Positions 18,030-26,410 of a DNA stretch of 32,000 nucleotides are shown here, one piece after another. Each line of letters starts with the position of its first letter. Position 1 is the stretch's first letter. The translations under genes and the position numbers were made by a program. The notes below the pieces were generated by a model. That model was not told the DNA's origin, did no database searches, and worked only from the letters and a program-made list of their open reading frames with translations. The stretch spans positions 2,610,001 to 2,642,000 of the forward strand of contig NC_007493.2 of NCBI RefSeq assembly GCF_000012905.2, in the 5' to 3' direction. The stretch comes from Cereibacter sphaeroides 2.4.1 (GTDB lineage: Bacteria > Pseudomonadota > Alphaproteobacteria > Rhodobacterales > Rhodobacteraceae).

Positions 18030-18826
18030 CTGCCGAGGACTCCGGTCGTCATATGTCGCTTGCGCCCGTGGCCGGGCTGGCGCGTGACGGTGAAGCCCGC
18101 CTCCGCCAGCGCCCGCCGCACATGGCCCGCCGCCGTATAGGTGGCGAAGGTGCCGTCGGGGGCGGTGTGGCGGCCCACCTCGGCCATCAGCGCCTCCGAC
18201 CAGAGCTCGGGGTTCTTCGCGGGCGAGAAACCGTCGAGGAACCAGGCGTCGGCCCGGCCCTCCCACCGCGGCAGGAGATCCCGCGCGTCGCCGATCCGCA
18301 CCTCGACCTCCATCCCGTCGAGCTCGAAGCGCCTCTGGCCCGCCTCCCACGCCGTGAGGAAGGGGTCGGCCACCGCCCGGGCCTCGGGAAAGGCCGAGAG
18401 GGCGCGGGCGATGTCGGGGGCGGCCAGCGGGAAGGCCTCGAACGAGAGGTAGGACAGCCGCCCCGGCCGCCCCGCCGCGCGCCAGCCGATCAGCGTGGCC
18501 AGCATGTTGAGCCCGGTGCCGAAGCCCAGCTCGGCGATGGCGAAGCCGTCGCGGAACCGCTCCGGCAGGCGGTTGCCGGCCAGAAAGACATGGCGGGTCT
18601 CGGCCAGCCCGTCGGCCAGCGAGAAATAGGGATCGTCGAACCGGGTCGAGACCGGGATGGCCCCTTCGCGCCAGTCGAGATCGGGCGCTGCATTTCGCGA
18701 AGCGCGAATGGCAGGGGCGTTTTCCGCCCCCTCTGCGCCGGCAATCCGGGGGGCCGTCTCCGGGGCGCCCGGTGGCGCGGGCTCCTGCGCGGACGCGACA
18801 TCCGCGCTCTGGCCTGTGGCTGGCAT
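18026..18826 (-). CDS. mnmD: tRNA (5-methylaminomethyl-2-thiouridine) methyltransferase, stand-alone MnmC methyltransferase-type domain
   Basis: Starts at MPATGQ within ORF 18026..19663. Contains ELGFGTGLNMLA (SAM motif) and ADAWFLDGFSPAKNPELWS, the hallmark of the MnmC methyltransferase domain/DUF752. Confidence 0.85.
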   Translation of the reverse strand: MPATGQSADVASAQEPAPPGAPETAPRIAGAEGAENAPAIRASRNAAPDLDWREGAIPVSTRFDDPYFSLADGLAETRHVFLAGNRLPERFRDGFAIAELGFGTGLNMLATLIGWRAAGRPGRLSYLSFEAFPLAAPDIARALSAFPEARAVADPFLTAWEAGQRRFELDGMEVEVRIGDARDLLPRWEGRADAWFLDGFSPAKNPELWSEALMAEVGRHTAPDGTFATYTAAGHVRRALAEAGFTVTRQPGHGRKRHMTTGVLGR

Positions 18827-18880
18827 CTGTCCTAAGCCTGCTGTCTTCGAAAGTGCGGACATTGGGCGAGGACGGGGAAA

Positions 18881-19942
18881 ATGGCAACGCCGGATCTGAC
18901 AATTCGCGGCGGCGGGATCTTCGGGCTCGCGGTGGCCTGGGCGGCGGTGCGGCGCGGCGCGAAGGTGCGCCTGATCGAGAGCGCGCGGATCGGCGCGGGC
19001 TCCTCGGGCGGCGTCGTGGGGGCGCTCTCGCCGCATGTGCCCGAACAATGGAACGAGAAGAAGGCCTTCCAGTTCGAGAGCCTCGCCATGGGCGAGGCAT
19101 GGTGGGCGGCGGTGGCCGACGCCTCCGGCCTGCCCACGGGCTACGATCGGTTGGGCCGGTTCCAGCCGCTCGCCGATGCGCGCGCCGTCGACCATGCCCG
19201 CGCCCGCGCCGAGGAGGCCCGGACCCTCTGGCAGGGCCGCTTCTCGTGGGAGGTGGTGCCGGCCGGCGGAGACTTCATGCCCGAAAGCCCCACGGGCCTC
19301 GTGATCCACGACACGCTGACCGCGCGGCTGAACCCGCGGCTGGCGGTGCCCGCGCTGGTGCAGGCGATCCGCGCGCAGGGCGGCGAGATCCTGATCGGCG
19401 AGGGCGAGGAAGCGGGCCCGGTGGTCTGGGCCACCGGCGTGGCGGGGCTCGAGGCGCTGTCGCAGGATCTGGGCAAGCCGGTCGGCAATGGCGTGAAGGG
19501 TCAGGCCATGGTGGTGGCGCTCGACGCGCGCGACCGGCCGCAGGTCTTCGGGCCGGGCCTCCTGATCGTGCCCCACGCCGACGGCACGACCGCCGTGGGA
19601 TCGACCGCCGAGAAGGACTGGACCGCACCCGACACGACCGACGCCCAGCTCGACGAGGTCCATGCCCGCGCCGTGGCGCTCTGCCCCTGGCTCGAGGGCG
19701 CGCCGGTCCTGACCCGCTGGGCGGGCCTGCGCCCCCGCGCCCGCAGCCTCGCGCCGATGCTGGGCGAATGGCCCGGCCGCCCGGGGCAGTATGTGGCGAA
19801 CGGCGGCTTCAAGATCGGCTTCGGCATGGCGCCGAAGGTGGGCGAGGTCATGGCCGCGCTGGTCCTCGAAGGCCGGGACGAGATCCCCGAGAGCTTCCGG
19901 GTCGAGGCCTCGCTGAAGAAGAAGGGGAAGGCCGAGGAGTAG
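18881..19942 (+). CDS. FAD-dependent oxidoreductase (DAO family), candidate MnmC oxidoreductase-type half
   Basis: 353-aa ORF. N-terminal dinucleotide-binding fold DLTIRGGGIFGLAVAWAAVRRGAKVRLIE. Divergent from the mnmD-like gene across 54 nt. Confidence 0.85.
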   Translation: MATPDLTIRGGGIFGLAVAWAAVRRGAKVRLIESARIGAGSSGGVVGALSPHVPEQWNEKKAFQFESLAMGEAWWAAVADASGLPTGYDRLGRFQPLADARAVDHARARAEEARTLWQGRFSWEVVPAGGDFMPESPTGLVIHDTLTARLNPRLAVPALVQAIRAQGGEILIGEGEEAGPVVWATGVAGLEALSQDLGKPVGNGVKGQAMVVALDARDRPQVFGPGLLIVPHADGTTAVGSTAEKDWTAPDTTDAQLDEVHARAVALCPWLEGAPVLTRWAGLRPRARSLAPMLGEWPGRPGQYVANGGFKIGFGMAPKVGEVMAALVLEGRDEIPESFRVEASLKKKGKAEE

Positions 19943-20065
19943 GGGCGAAGGCCCAGCAGCGCCCTGCAGGACGGGCCTCGGAGGCGTTGCGACACGGCGC
20001 TAATGAGACCCACGGCACCCGATGGAGGGAGGCCTTGGCCTGCGCGGGACTGGGCTCCCTCCGCA

Positions 20066-20109
20066 CCGTTCGTGGTCCGGAGGCACCAGCCTCCGCGAGA
20101 CGCCACCCA
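20066..20109. repeat. Intergenic hairpin-containing repeat, copy 1
   Basis: CCGTTCGTGG-TC-CGGAGGC-ACCA-GCCTCCG-CGAGACGCCAC-CCA. The internal stem is 7 bp. Confidence 0.6.
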
Positions 20110-20128
20110 TTGGGCGCCCACGGGGCGC

Positions 20129-20177
20129 CCGTTCGTGGCTCGGAGGCTCCACTGGAGCCTCCGCGAGACGCCACTCA
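20129..20177. repeat. Intergenic hairpin-containing repeat, copy 2 (overlaps the transglycosylase stop codon)
   Basis: CCGTTCGTGG-CT-CGGAGGCTCC-ACT-GGAGCCTCCG-CGAGACGCCAC-TCA. The flanks are the same as copy 1 and the internal stem is extended to 10 bp. Confidence 0.6.
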
Positions 20178-22136
20178 CCCCTTCAGCTCGGGGGTGATGC
20201 GGACGGGGCCGCCGCTGCCGCGGAGCTTGGCGCGGTAGATCACCACCGACTCGGTCACGCGCATGACGTAGGTGCGGGTCTCGGAGAAGGGGATCTGCTC
20301 CACCCAGTCCACCGCATCCACATCCTCGGCACGCGGGTCGCCGAACTCGGTCACCCAGCGGCGCGGGCGGCCCGGGCCCGCATTGTAGCCCGAGGCCACC
20401 AGCGCGAGCGACGGGCCGAACTCCTCGACCAGCTGCGCGAGATAGGCCGTGCCGAGCCGCACGTTGTAAGCCGGATCCTGCGTGAGCTTCGCAGGCTCGT
20501 AGCCGAGCCCCACCTTGGGCGCCATGAGCTTCGCCGTCCCCGGCATGACCTGCATGAGGCCCCGCGCGCCGGCCGGACTCACCACCACCGGGTTGAACTC
20601 GCTCTCGCGCCGCGCGATCGACAGGGCCAGCGCCCGGCTCACCGGCAGCCCGTCGCCCGGCACGAGATCCGGCACCGGGAAATAGGCGCGCGGCAGGATC
20701 GTGCCCTCCTCGGCGGCCTGCTTGGCGATCAGCACCGCCACATGCGGCTCGCCCATCTCGAGCGCCATCTCGGACAGCCGCTCGAGATCCGGGGCCTTCA
20801 GGCTCTCGGCCAGATGCAGCAGGAACCGCTTGCCGAGATCGCGCTCGCCCGCCGCGAGAAGAAGCCGCCCCGCCGCCAGCACCGAGGAGGAGGCGAAGCC
20901 CGCCTGCCGCCAGTCGCCCGCCCGCGGCGCCGAGACGAGCGCCGGATCGAGCGGGATGCCCGCGCGCTCGGCGGAGAGAAGCCCGTAATAGGCGGTCTGG
21001 TAGCGCGCCCCCGCCGCGAAGGCCGCGCCCGCCTCGTCGTAGCGTCCGAGCTGCTCGAGCGCCCGTCCCTGCCAGTAATGCGCCCGCGAGAGGCTGATCG
21101 GCGTGCGCACCGCCGCCTGCAGCCGCTGGAAATGCTGAAGCGCCGCGGCCGGGTCGCCGAGCTTGCGCAGCGCGATGAAGCCCGCGAAGAACTCGAGCTC
21201 GGCAAAGTCGCCCCCGCCCTCGAGATGGTGGCTCGCGGCGATCCGGTAGGCGGTCTTCGGATCGCCCTCCTCGTTCAGGGCCCGCGCCAGCACCGCGCGC
21301 CGCCCCGCCCAGGCCGAGGGGCTGCCGAGGCCCGCCACGCTGGCCGACCGCTCCAGAAGCAGCTGCGCCGCATCGGCGTCGCGGCCCTTGCGCGCCCGCC
21401 AGAGGAACCGCTCGTAGGCGAGGCCGGGATCGGCGGCGAGCGCCGCGGGCACGGCCGCGATCAGCCCGTCCACCCCGTCGGCATCGGCGCGCAGCGCCAT
21501 CCGCGCCGCCGCGAGCCGCTTCCAGCCGTCCGACACGCGCGGCAGCATCCGCCGCGCCTGCTCGGGCCGGTTCTCCCAGAGCAGCATGTCGAGCCGCGCC
21601 TCGTGCGCCCGGGCCAGCACCTCGGGGAAGGCGCCGATCGCGGCCGATTCCTCCTCTGCGGTGAAGGCGAGCGTCGTCCAGGCGCGGCGGATCACCGTCT
21701 CGGCCTCGGGCTGCTGGCCCGCCGCGGCGTGGGCGCGGGCGAGCGCGATGGCCCCGGTGGCGGTCGCGGGCGGACGCGAGCCGAACCACGCGATCACGCG
21801 CTCAGGCGTGGCCGAGCGGGCCACCGCCTCCTCGCCCTTGTCGCGCAGGAGCTTCAGCCCCGGCCAGTCGGGATGCTGCGCGAGGAAGGCCTCGTAGTCG
21901 GTCAGGCTGCCCTCGCCCGCCCGCAGCCGGTGCCACTCGACGAGCGACTGCGCGAGCGGGCCCGACCGGCGCGCCTGCGCCTCGGCACCGCTCCAGTCCT
22001 TCGACCAGGCGGCGCGGAGCGCGTCCTTCAGTGCGGCCGGATCCTCGGCCCGCGCCGCGAGGGGCGCGCAGAGCAGCGGCAGGATCAGCAGAAGGGCGAG
22101 GCGGAGACGGGCGGGGGCGGATCTGGGGCGCGACAT
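20175..22136 (-). CDS. Soluble lytic murein transglycosylase (Slt70-like)
   Basis: Starts at MSRPRSAPARLRLALLLILPLLCAPLAARA (signal peptide) within ORF 20175..22268. A superhelical Ala/Leu-rich repeat region is followed by the catalytic motifs RRESEFNP, GLMQVMP and GYNAGPGR. Confidence 0.9.
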   Translation of the reverse strand: MSRPRSAPARLRLALLLILPLLCAPLAARAEDPAALKDALRAAWSKDWSGAEAQARRSGPLAQSLVEWHRLRAGEGSLTDYEAFLAQHPDWPGLKLLRDKGEEAVARSATPERVIAWFGSRPPATATGAIALARAHAAAGQQPEAETVIRRAWTTLAFTAEEESAAIGAFPEVLARAHEARLDMLLWENRPEQARRMLPRVSDGWKRLAAARMALRADADGVDGLIAAVPAALAADPGLAYERFLWRARKGRDADAAQLLLERSASVAGLGSPSAWAGRRAVLARALNEEGDPKTAYRIAASHHLEGGGDFAELEFFAGFIALRKLGDPAAALQHFQRLQAAVRTPISLSRAHYWQGRALEQLGRYDEAGAAFAAGARYQTAYYGLLSAERAGIPLDPALVSAPRAGDWRQAGFASSSVLAAGRLLLAAGERDLGKRFLLHLAESLKAPDLERLSEMALEMGEPHVAVLIAKQAAEEGTILPRAYFPVPDLVPGDGLPVSRALALSIARRESEFNPVVVSPAGARGLMQVMPGTAKLMAPKVGLGYEPAKLTQDPAYNVRLGTAYLAQLVEEFGPSLALVASGYNAGPGRPRRWVTEFGDPRAEDVDAVDWVEQIPFSETRTYVMRVTESVVIYRAKLRGSGGPVRITPELKG

Positions 22137-22288
22137 GCGCGCAATCTGCCCAAGCCCGTGCCCGCCCGCAACACACAAGCTGACGAGCGCGCCGTGGCTT
22201 GGGGACAACTTGGCAAGCCCCGCGGCGGGCGATAGGAAGGCCCGGTTCAACCGGGCGAGTCTGCCCAAATCAGATGGAGATGCGTGTC

Positions 22289-23161
22289 ATGATCAGAGGG
22301 TCCATTCCTGCCCTTGTGACGCCGTTCAAGAACGGCGAGCTGGATCTGGACACGCTGAAGAAGCTGGTCGACTGGCAGATCGCCGAAGGCTCGACCGGCC
22401 TCGTCCCGGTGGGCACCACGGGCGAGAGCCCGACGCTCAGCCACGAAGAGCACGAGACGGTGATCGAGGCGGTGGTGAAGGCCGCCGCAGGCCGGGTGCC
22501 GGTGATCGCGGGCGCGGGCTCGAACTCGACCGCCGAGGGGATCCGGCTGATCCGCTTCGCCGAGACGGTGGGCGCCGATGCGGCGCTCGTGGTGACGCCC
22601 TACTACAACAAGCCCACGCAGGCCGGGATGATTGCGCATTTCACCGCGCTCCACGACTGCTGCAGCCTGCCCATCGTGATCTACAACATCCCCGGCCGGT
22701 CGGTCGTCGACATGTCGCCCGAGACGATGGGCACGCTGGCGCGGCTGCCGCGGATCGTGGGCGTGAAGGATGCCACCGGCAAGATCGAGCGGGTGAGCCA
22801 GCAGCGCGCCTCCTGCGGGCCTGACTTCATCCAGCTCTCGGGCGAGGATGCGACGGCGCTCGGCTTCAACGCCCACGGCGGCGTGGGCTGCATCTCGGTC
22901 ACGGCCAACGTGGCGCCGCGGCTCTGCGCCGAGTTCCAGCAGGCAACCCTCGCGGGCGACTTCGCCAAGGCGCTGGAGTATCAGGACCGGCTGATGCCGC
23001 TGCACGAGGCGATCTTCCTCGAGCCGGGGCTGGTGGGGGCGAAATATGCGCTCTCGAAGCTCGGGCTCTGCTCCGACGAGGTGCGCCTGCCGCTCGTGGG
23101 CCTCACCGACGCGACCAAGGCCCGCATCGAGGCGGCCATGCGTCACGCCGGCCTGATCTGA
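22289..23161 (+). CDS. dapA: 4-hydroxy-tetrahydrodipicolinate synthase
   Basis: [13 protein letters not shown]...[17 protein letters not shown]...YYNKP...[11 protein letters not shown] 22289 has GGAG 9 nt upstream, inside ORF 22199..23161. Confidence 0.96.
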
Positions 23162-23168
23162 TCCGCGC

Positions 23169-23192
23169 GGCCGGCTCTCCACGGAGCCGGCC
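23169..23192 (+). terminator. GC-rich hairpin 8 nt after the dapA stop (possible terminator or 3' stabiliser; no U-tract)
   Basis: GGCCGGCTC (23169-23177) pairs with GAGCCGGCC (23184-23192), with a 6-nt loop. Confidence 0.4.
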
Positions 23193-23326
23193 CCCATCCG
23201 CCGCCATCCCTTCGGCGGGCTCCCGAGCCCGAGCCCGGGGCGATCCTGTGGCCTCCCACTCCGGTCGCAGGCCCGCATTGACCCCGCCTCCCGGGTCCGG
23301 CGGCCCCGTGCCCCGTCCGCGGCAGC

Positions 23327-23361
23327 GCCGGGCGAGGGGGTTCGATGCCCCCTCGCCCGGC
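23327..23361 (+). other. Perfect 14-bp stem-loop with T-loop-like heptaloop in the smpB upstream region
   Basis: GCCGGGCGAGGGGG-TTCGATG-CCCCCTCGCCCGGC. The arms are exact reverse complements. It ends 60 nt before the smpB ATG. Confidence 0.6.
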
Positions 23362-23421
23362 TCCCCCTTTCCGCTTCGGGCGCTGGACAGCGGCCCGCCG
23401 CTCGCCTATCTCCGTCCGGTC

Positions 23422-23895
23422 ATGGCCAAGCATTCCGATCCCAACAGCAAGCTCATCGCCGAGAACCGCCGCGCCCGCTTCGATTACTTCATCGAGGAGG
23501 AGATCGAGGCCGGCATCATGCTGCTCGGCTCCGAGGTCAAGTCGCTCAGGCAGGGCGGCTCGAACATCGGCGAGAGCTATGCCTCGGTGGAAGAGGGCGA
23601 GCTCTGGCTCATCAACGGCTATATCGCGCCCTATCTGCAGGCCAAGACCTGGGGTCACGAGGAACGGCGCAAGCGCAAGCTCCTCGTCTCGCGGCGCGAG
23701 CTGGCCCGGCTCTGGACCGCCACCGCCCGCGAAGGCATGACCATCGTGCCGATCCGCATGTATTTCAACGACCGCGGCATCGTGAAGCTGAAGATCGGCA
23801 TCGCCAAGGGCAAGAAGCTCTCGGACAAGCGCGAGACTTCGGCCAAGCGCGACTGGAGCCGCGAGAAGCAGCGCCTCCTGAAGCAGAACAGCTGA
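23422..23895 (+). CDS. smpB: SsrA-binding protein SmpB
   Basis: [43 protein letters not shown]...GYIAPY...RKRKLL...IVPIRMYF...KIGIAKGKK, inside ORF 23248..23895. Confidence 0.96.
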
Positions 23896-24184
23896 TCCGC
23901 GGGGGCGGCGCGTCCGTCGGGCGGCCGCGGTCCCCTGTCCCTCCCCCGCGTCCGCCCGGGCCGTCCGGCGCCCCCGCCGGATGCCGCAGTCCCCTCCCTG
24001 CGCATCCGCTCCGGCCGACCGTCGAGGACCGCCCGGACCTCGTCCGAAGATCGGCGAGCCCACCGGGCGATACGCGTCCAGTCGGGAAGACCTCCCCCTC
24101 CTTGCGCGCACCGGTCACGCCCGTCCGGGCTTGCCTGCGGGCGGCCACGGGATTAAGCGGGATTGGCTTTCCGAGGAGCCCGAC

Positions 24185-25033
24185 ATGACCGACGATCCCA
24201 GAACGCTCGTCTCCACCGACTGGCTGGCCGCCCATCTGCGCGATCCCGACCTGAGGCTCCTCGATGCCTCCTGGTATCTGCCGCAGGAAAACCGCAACCC
24301 GCGGGCCGAATACGAGGCCGAGCATATTCCCGGCGCGCGCTTCTTCGACATCGACGAGATCGCCGACCTGCGCTCGGCCCTGCCCCACATGGCGCCGCCG
24401 CCCGAGAAATTCATCAGCCGGATGCGCGCCATGGGCGTGGGCGACGGCCATCAGGTCGTGGTCTACGACGGCTCGGGCCTGCGCTCGGCGGCGCGGGTCT
24501 GGTGGACCTTCCGCCTGATGGGCAAGACGGATGTGGCGGTGCTCGACGGCGGCCTGCCGAAATGGAAGGCCGAGGGCCATCCGGTCGAGGACATGCCGCC
24601 CGTCGTCCGCGACCGGCACATGACGGTGCAGCGTCAGGCGGGCCTCGTGAAGGACGTGACCCAGGTGGCCCATGCCTCGAAGCTCGGCGAGGCCGAGATC
24701 ATCGACGCGCGCTCGGCCGGCCGGTTCAAGGGCACGGATGCCGAGCCGCGGCCGGGCCTGCGCGCGGGCCATATTCCCGGCTCGAAGAACGTGCCCTTCA
24801 CGACGCTCCTCGCGCCGGACGGCACGATGAAGCCGCCGGCAGAGCTGCGCGCGATCTTCGAGGCGGCGGGCGTGGATCTCTCCAAACCCGCGATCACCAC
24901 CTGCGGCTCGGGCGTGACCGCGGCCGTGCTCAGCCTCGCGCTCGAGATCCTCGGGCACCGCAACCATGCGCTCTACGACGGCTCCTGGTCCGAGTGGGGC
25001 ATGTATGACGATCTCAAGGTCGCGAAAGGATGA
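24185..25033 (+). CDS. sseA: 3-mercaptopyruvate sulfurtransferase (tandem rhodanese)
   Basis: LVSTDWLAAHL...DASWYLP...EHIPGARFFD and the active-site loop ITTCGSGVTAAV. ATG 24185 lies inside ORF 23981..25033. Confidence 0.92.
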   Translation: MTDDPRTLVSTDWLAAHLRDPDLRLLDASWYLPQENRNPRAEYEAEHIPGARFFDIDEIADLRSALPHMAPPPEKFISRMRAMGVGDGHQVVVYDGSGLRSAARVWWTFRLMGKTDVAVLDGGLPKWKAEGHPVEDMPPVVRDRHMTVQRQAGLVKDVTQVAHASKLGEAEIIDARSAGRFKGTDAEPRPGLRAGHIPGSKNVPFTTLLAPDGTMKPPAELRAIFEAAGVDLSKPAITTCGSGVTAAVLSLALEILGHRNHALYDGSWSEWGMYDDLKVAKG

Positions 25034-25040
25034 CGAAGGA

Positions 25041-26225
25041 ATGCTGACCGCCCTGAAGCCGCAGCCCGCGGACAAGATCCTGCAACTGATCCAGATGTTC
25101 CGCGAGGATGCGCGCGCGGACAAGATCGATCTGGGCGTGGGCGTCTACAAGGACCCGACCGGGCTCACCCCGGTCATGCGGGCCGTGAAGGCGGCCGAGA
25201 AGCGGCTCTGGGAGGTCGAGACCACCAAGACCTACACCGGCCTTGCCGACGAGCCGGCCTACAATGCCGCGATGGCGAAGCTGATCCTCGCGGGCGCGGT
25301 CCCGGCCGACCGGGTGGCCTCGGTCGCCACCCCCGGCGGCACGGGCGCGGTGCGTCAGGCGCTCGAGCTGATCCGCATGGCCTCGCCCGAGGCCACCGTC
25401 TGGATCTCGAACCCGACCTGGCCGAACCATCTGTCGATCGTGAAATATCTCGGCATCCCGATGCGGGAATACCGCTATTTCGACGCCGAGACCGGCGCCG
25501 TCGATGCCGAGGGCATGATGGAGGATCTGGCCCAGGTGAAGGCGGGCGACGTGGTGCTGCTGCACGGCTGCTGCCACAACCCGACCGGCGCCAACCCGAA
25601 CCCGGTGCAGTGGCTGGCCATCTGCGAGAGCCTGGCCCGGACAGGCGCGGTGCCGCTGATCGACCTCGCCTATCAGGGCTTCGGCGACGGGCTCGAGATG
25701 GATGCGGCGGCGACGCGGCTTCTGGCCACCAGACTGCCCGAGGTGCTGATCGCGGCCTCCTGCTCGAAGAACTTCGGCATCTACCGCGAGCGCACGGGCA
25801 TCCTGATCGCCATCGGCGAGGCGGCGGGCCGGGGCACGGTGCAGGCCAACCTCAACTTCCTGAACCGGCAGAACTACTCCTTCCCGCCGGACCATGGCGC
25901 GCGGCTCGTGACCATGATCCTCGAGGACGAGACGCTGAGCGCCGACTGGAAGGCGGAACTCGAGGAGGTGCGGCTCAACATGCTGACACTGCGCCGCCAG
26001 CTTGCCGATGCGCTGCAGGCCGAGACCGGCTCGAACCGCTTCGGCTTCGTGGCCGAGCATCGCGGCATGTTCTCGCGCCTCGGGATCACGCCCGCCGAGG
26101 TGGAGCGGCTGCGGACCGAGCACGGGGTCTACATGGTGGGCGATTCGCGGCTGAACATCGCGGGGCTGAACCGGACGACCGTGCCGGTGCTGGCGCGCGC
26201 GGTGGCCAAGGTGCTGCGCGGCTGA
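25041..26225 (+). CDS. Aspartate/aromatic amino acid aminotransferase (AspC/TyrB subgroup)
   Basis: DKIDLGVGVYKD...HGCCHNPTGANP...SCSKNFGIYRERTG (PLP lysine)...MFSRLG...YMVGDSRLNIAGL. ATG 25041 has GAAGGA upstream. Confidence 0.92.
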   Translation: MLTALKPQPADKILQLIQMFREDARADKIDLGVGVYKDPTGLTPVMRAVKAAEKRLWEVETTKTYTGLADEPAYNAAMAKLILAGAVPADRVASVATPGGTGAVRQALELIRMASPEATVWISNPTWPNHLSIVKYLGIPMREYRYFDAETGAVDAEGMMEDLAQVKAGDVVLLHGCCHNPTGANPNPVQWLAICESLARTGAVPLIDLAYQGFGDGLEMDAAATRLLATRLPEVLIAASCSKNFGIYRERTGILIAIGEAAGRGTVQANLNFLNRQNYSFPPDHGARLVTMILEDETLSADWKAELEEVRLNMLTLRRQLADALQAETGSNRFGFVAEHRGMFSRLGITPAEVERLRTEHGVYMVGDSRLNIAGLNRTTVPVLARAVAKVLRG

Positions 26226-26326
26226 GCTGCGCTGCCAGAACGGATCGGAAGGGGCGCGGGCGCAGGTCCGCGTCCCTCGTCGTTCGGGGGCCGCCCTGAC
26301 CGGGCGGCCCGCATCGCCTGAAGCGG

Positions 26327-26363
26327 AAAAACGACAGGCCCGGACCGTCGTCCGGGCCTGTCG
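26327..26363 (-). terminator. Rho-independent terminator of glnK-amtB
   Basis: 14-bp perfect stem: CGACAGGCCCGGAC (26332-26345) pairs with GTCCGGGCCTGTCG (26350-26363), with a 4-nt loop. On the minus strand it is followed by T5 (A-run 26327-26331). It lies between the convergent amtB and aminotransferase genes. Confidence 0.8.
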
Positions 26364-26410
26364 CGGTCGGGCAGCGGGGGAGGAGGAACCCGCCGCCCGA
26401 TCCTTCGTCC

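Noticed and set aside
20066-20177. The two direct repeats, considered as a possible minimal CRISPR array or as transposon ends.
   Set aside because: There are only two copies, with a short palindromic spacer. No cas genes, no transposase and no target duplication are visible. They fit extragenic palindromes or terminators better.
23932-23957. The C4-TGT-C3-T-C5-GCGTCCG-C3 tract downstream of smpB fits a G-quadruplex motif on the minus strand (an i-motif on the plus strand).
   Set aside because: Runs of G or C this short arise easily by chance in DNA of this GC content. There is no positional or repeat support for function.
23162-24184. Possible ssrA (tmRNA, including the permuted two-piece alphaproteobacterial form) or a tRNA gene next to smpB.
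   Set aside because: Apart from the T-loop-like hairpin at 23327-23361, there is no acceptor/CCA end, no D-arm or anticodon arm, and no ANDN...AA-type tag reading frame on either side of smpB.
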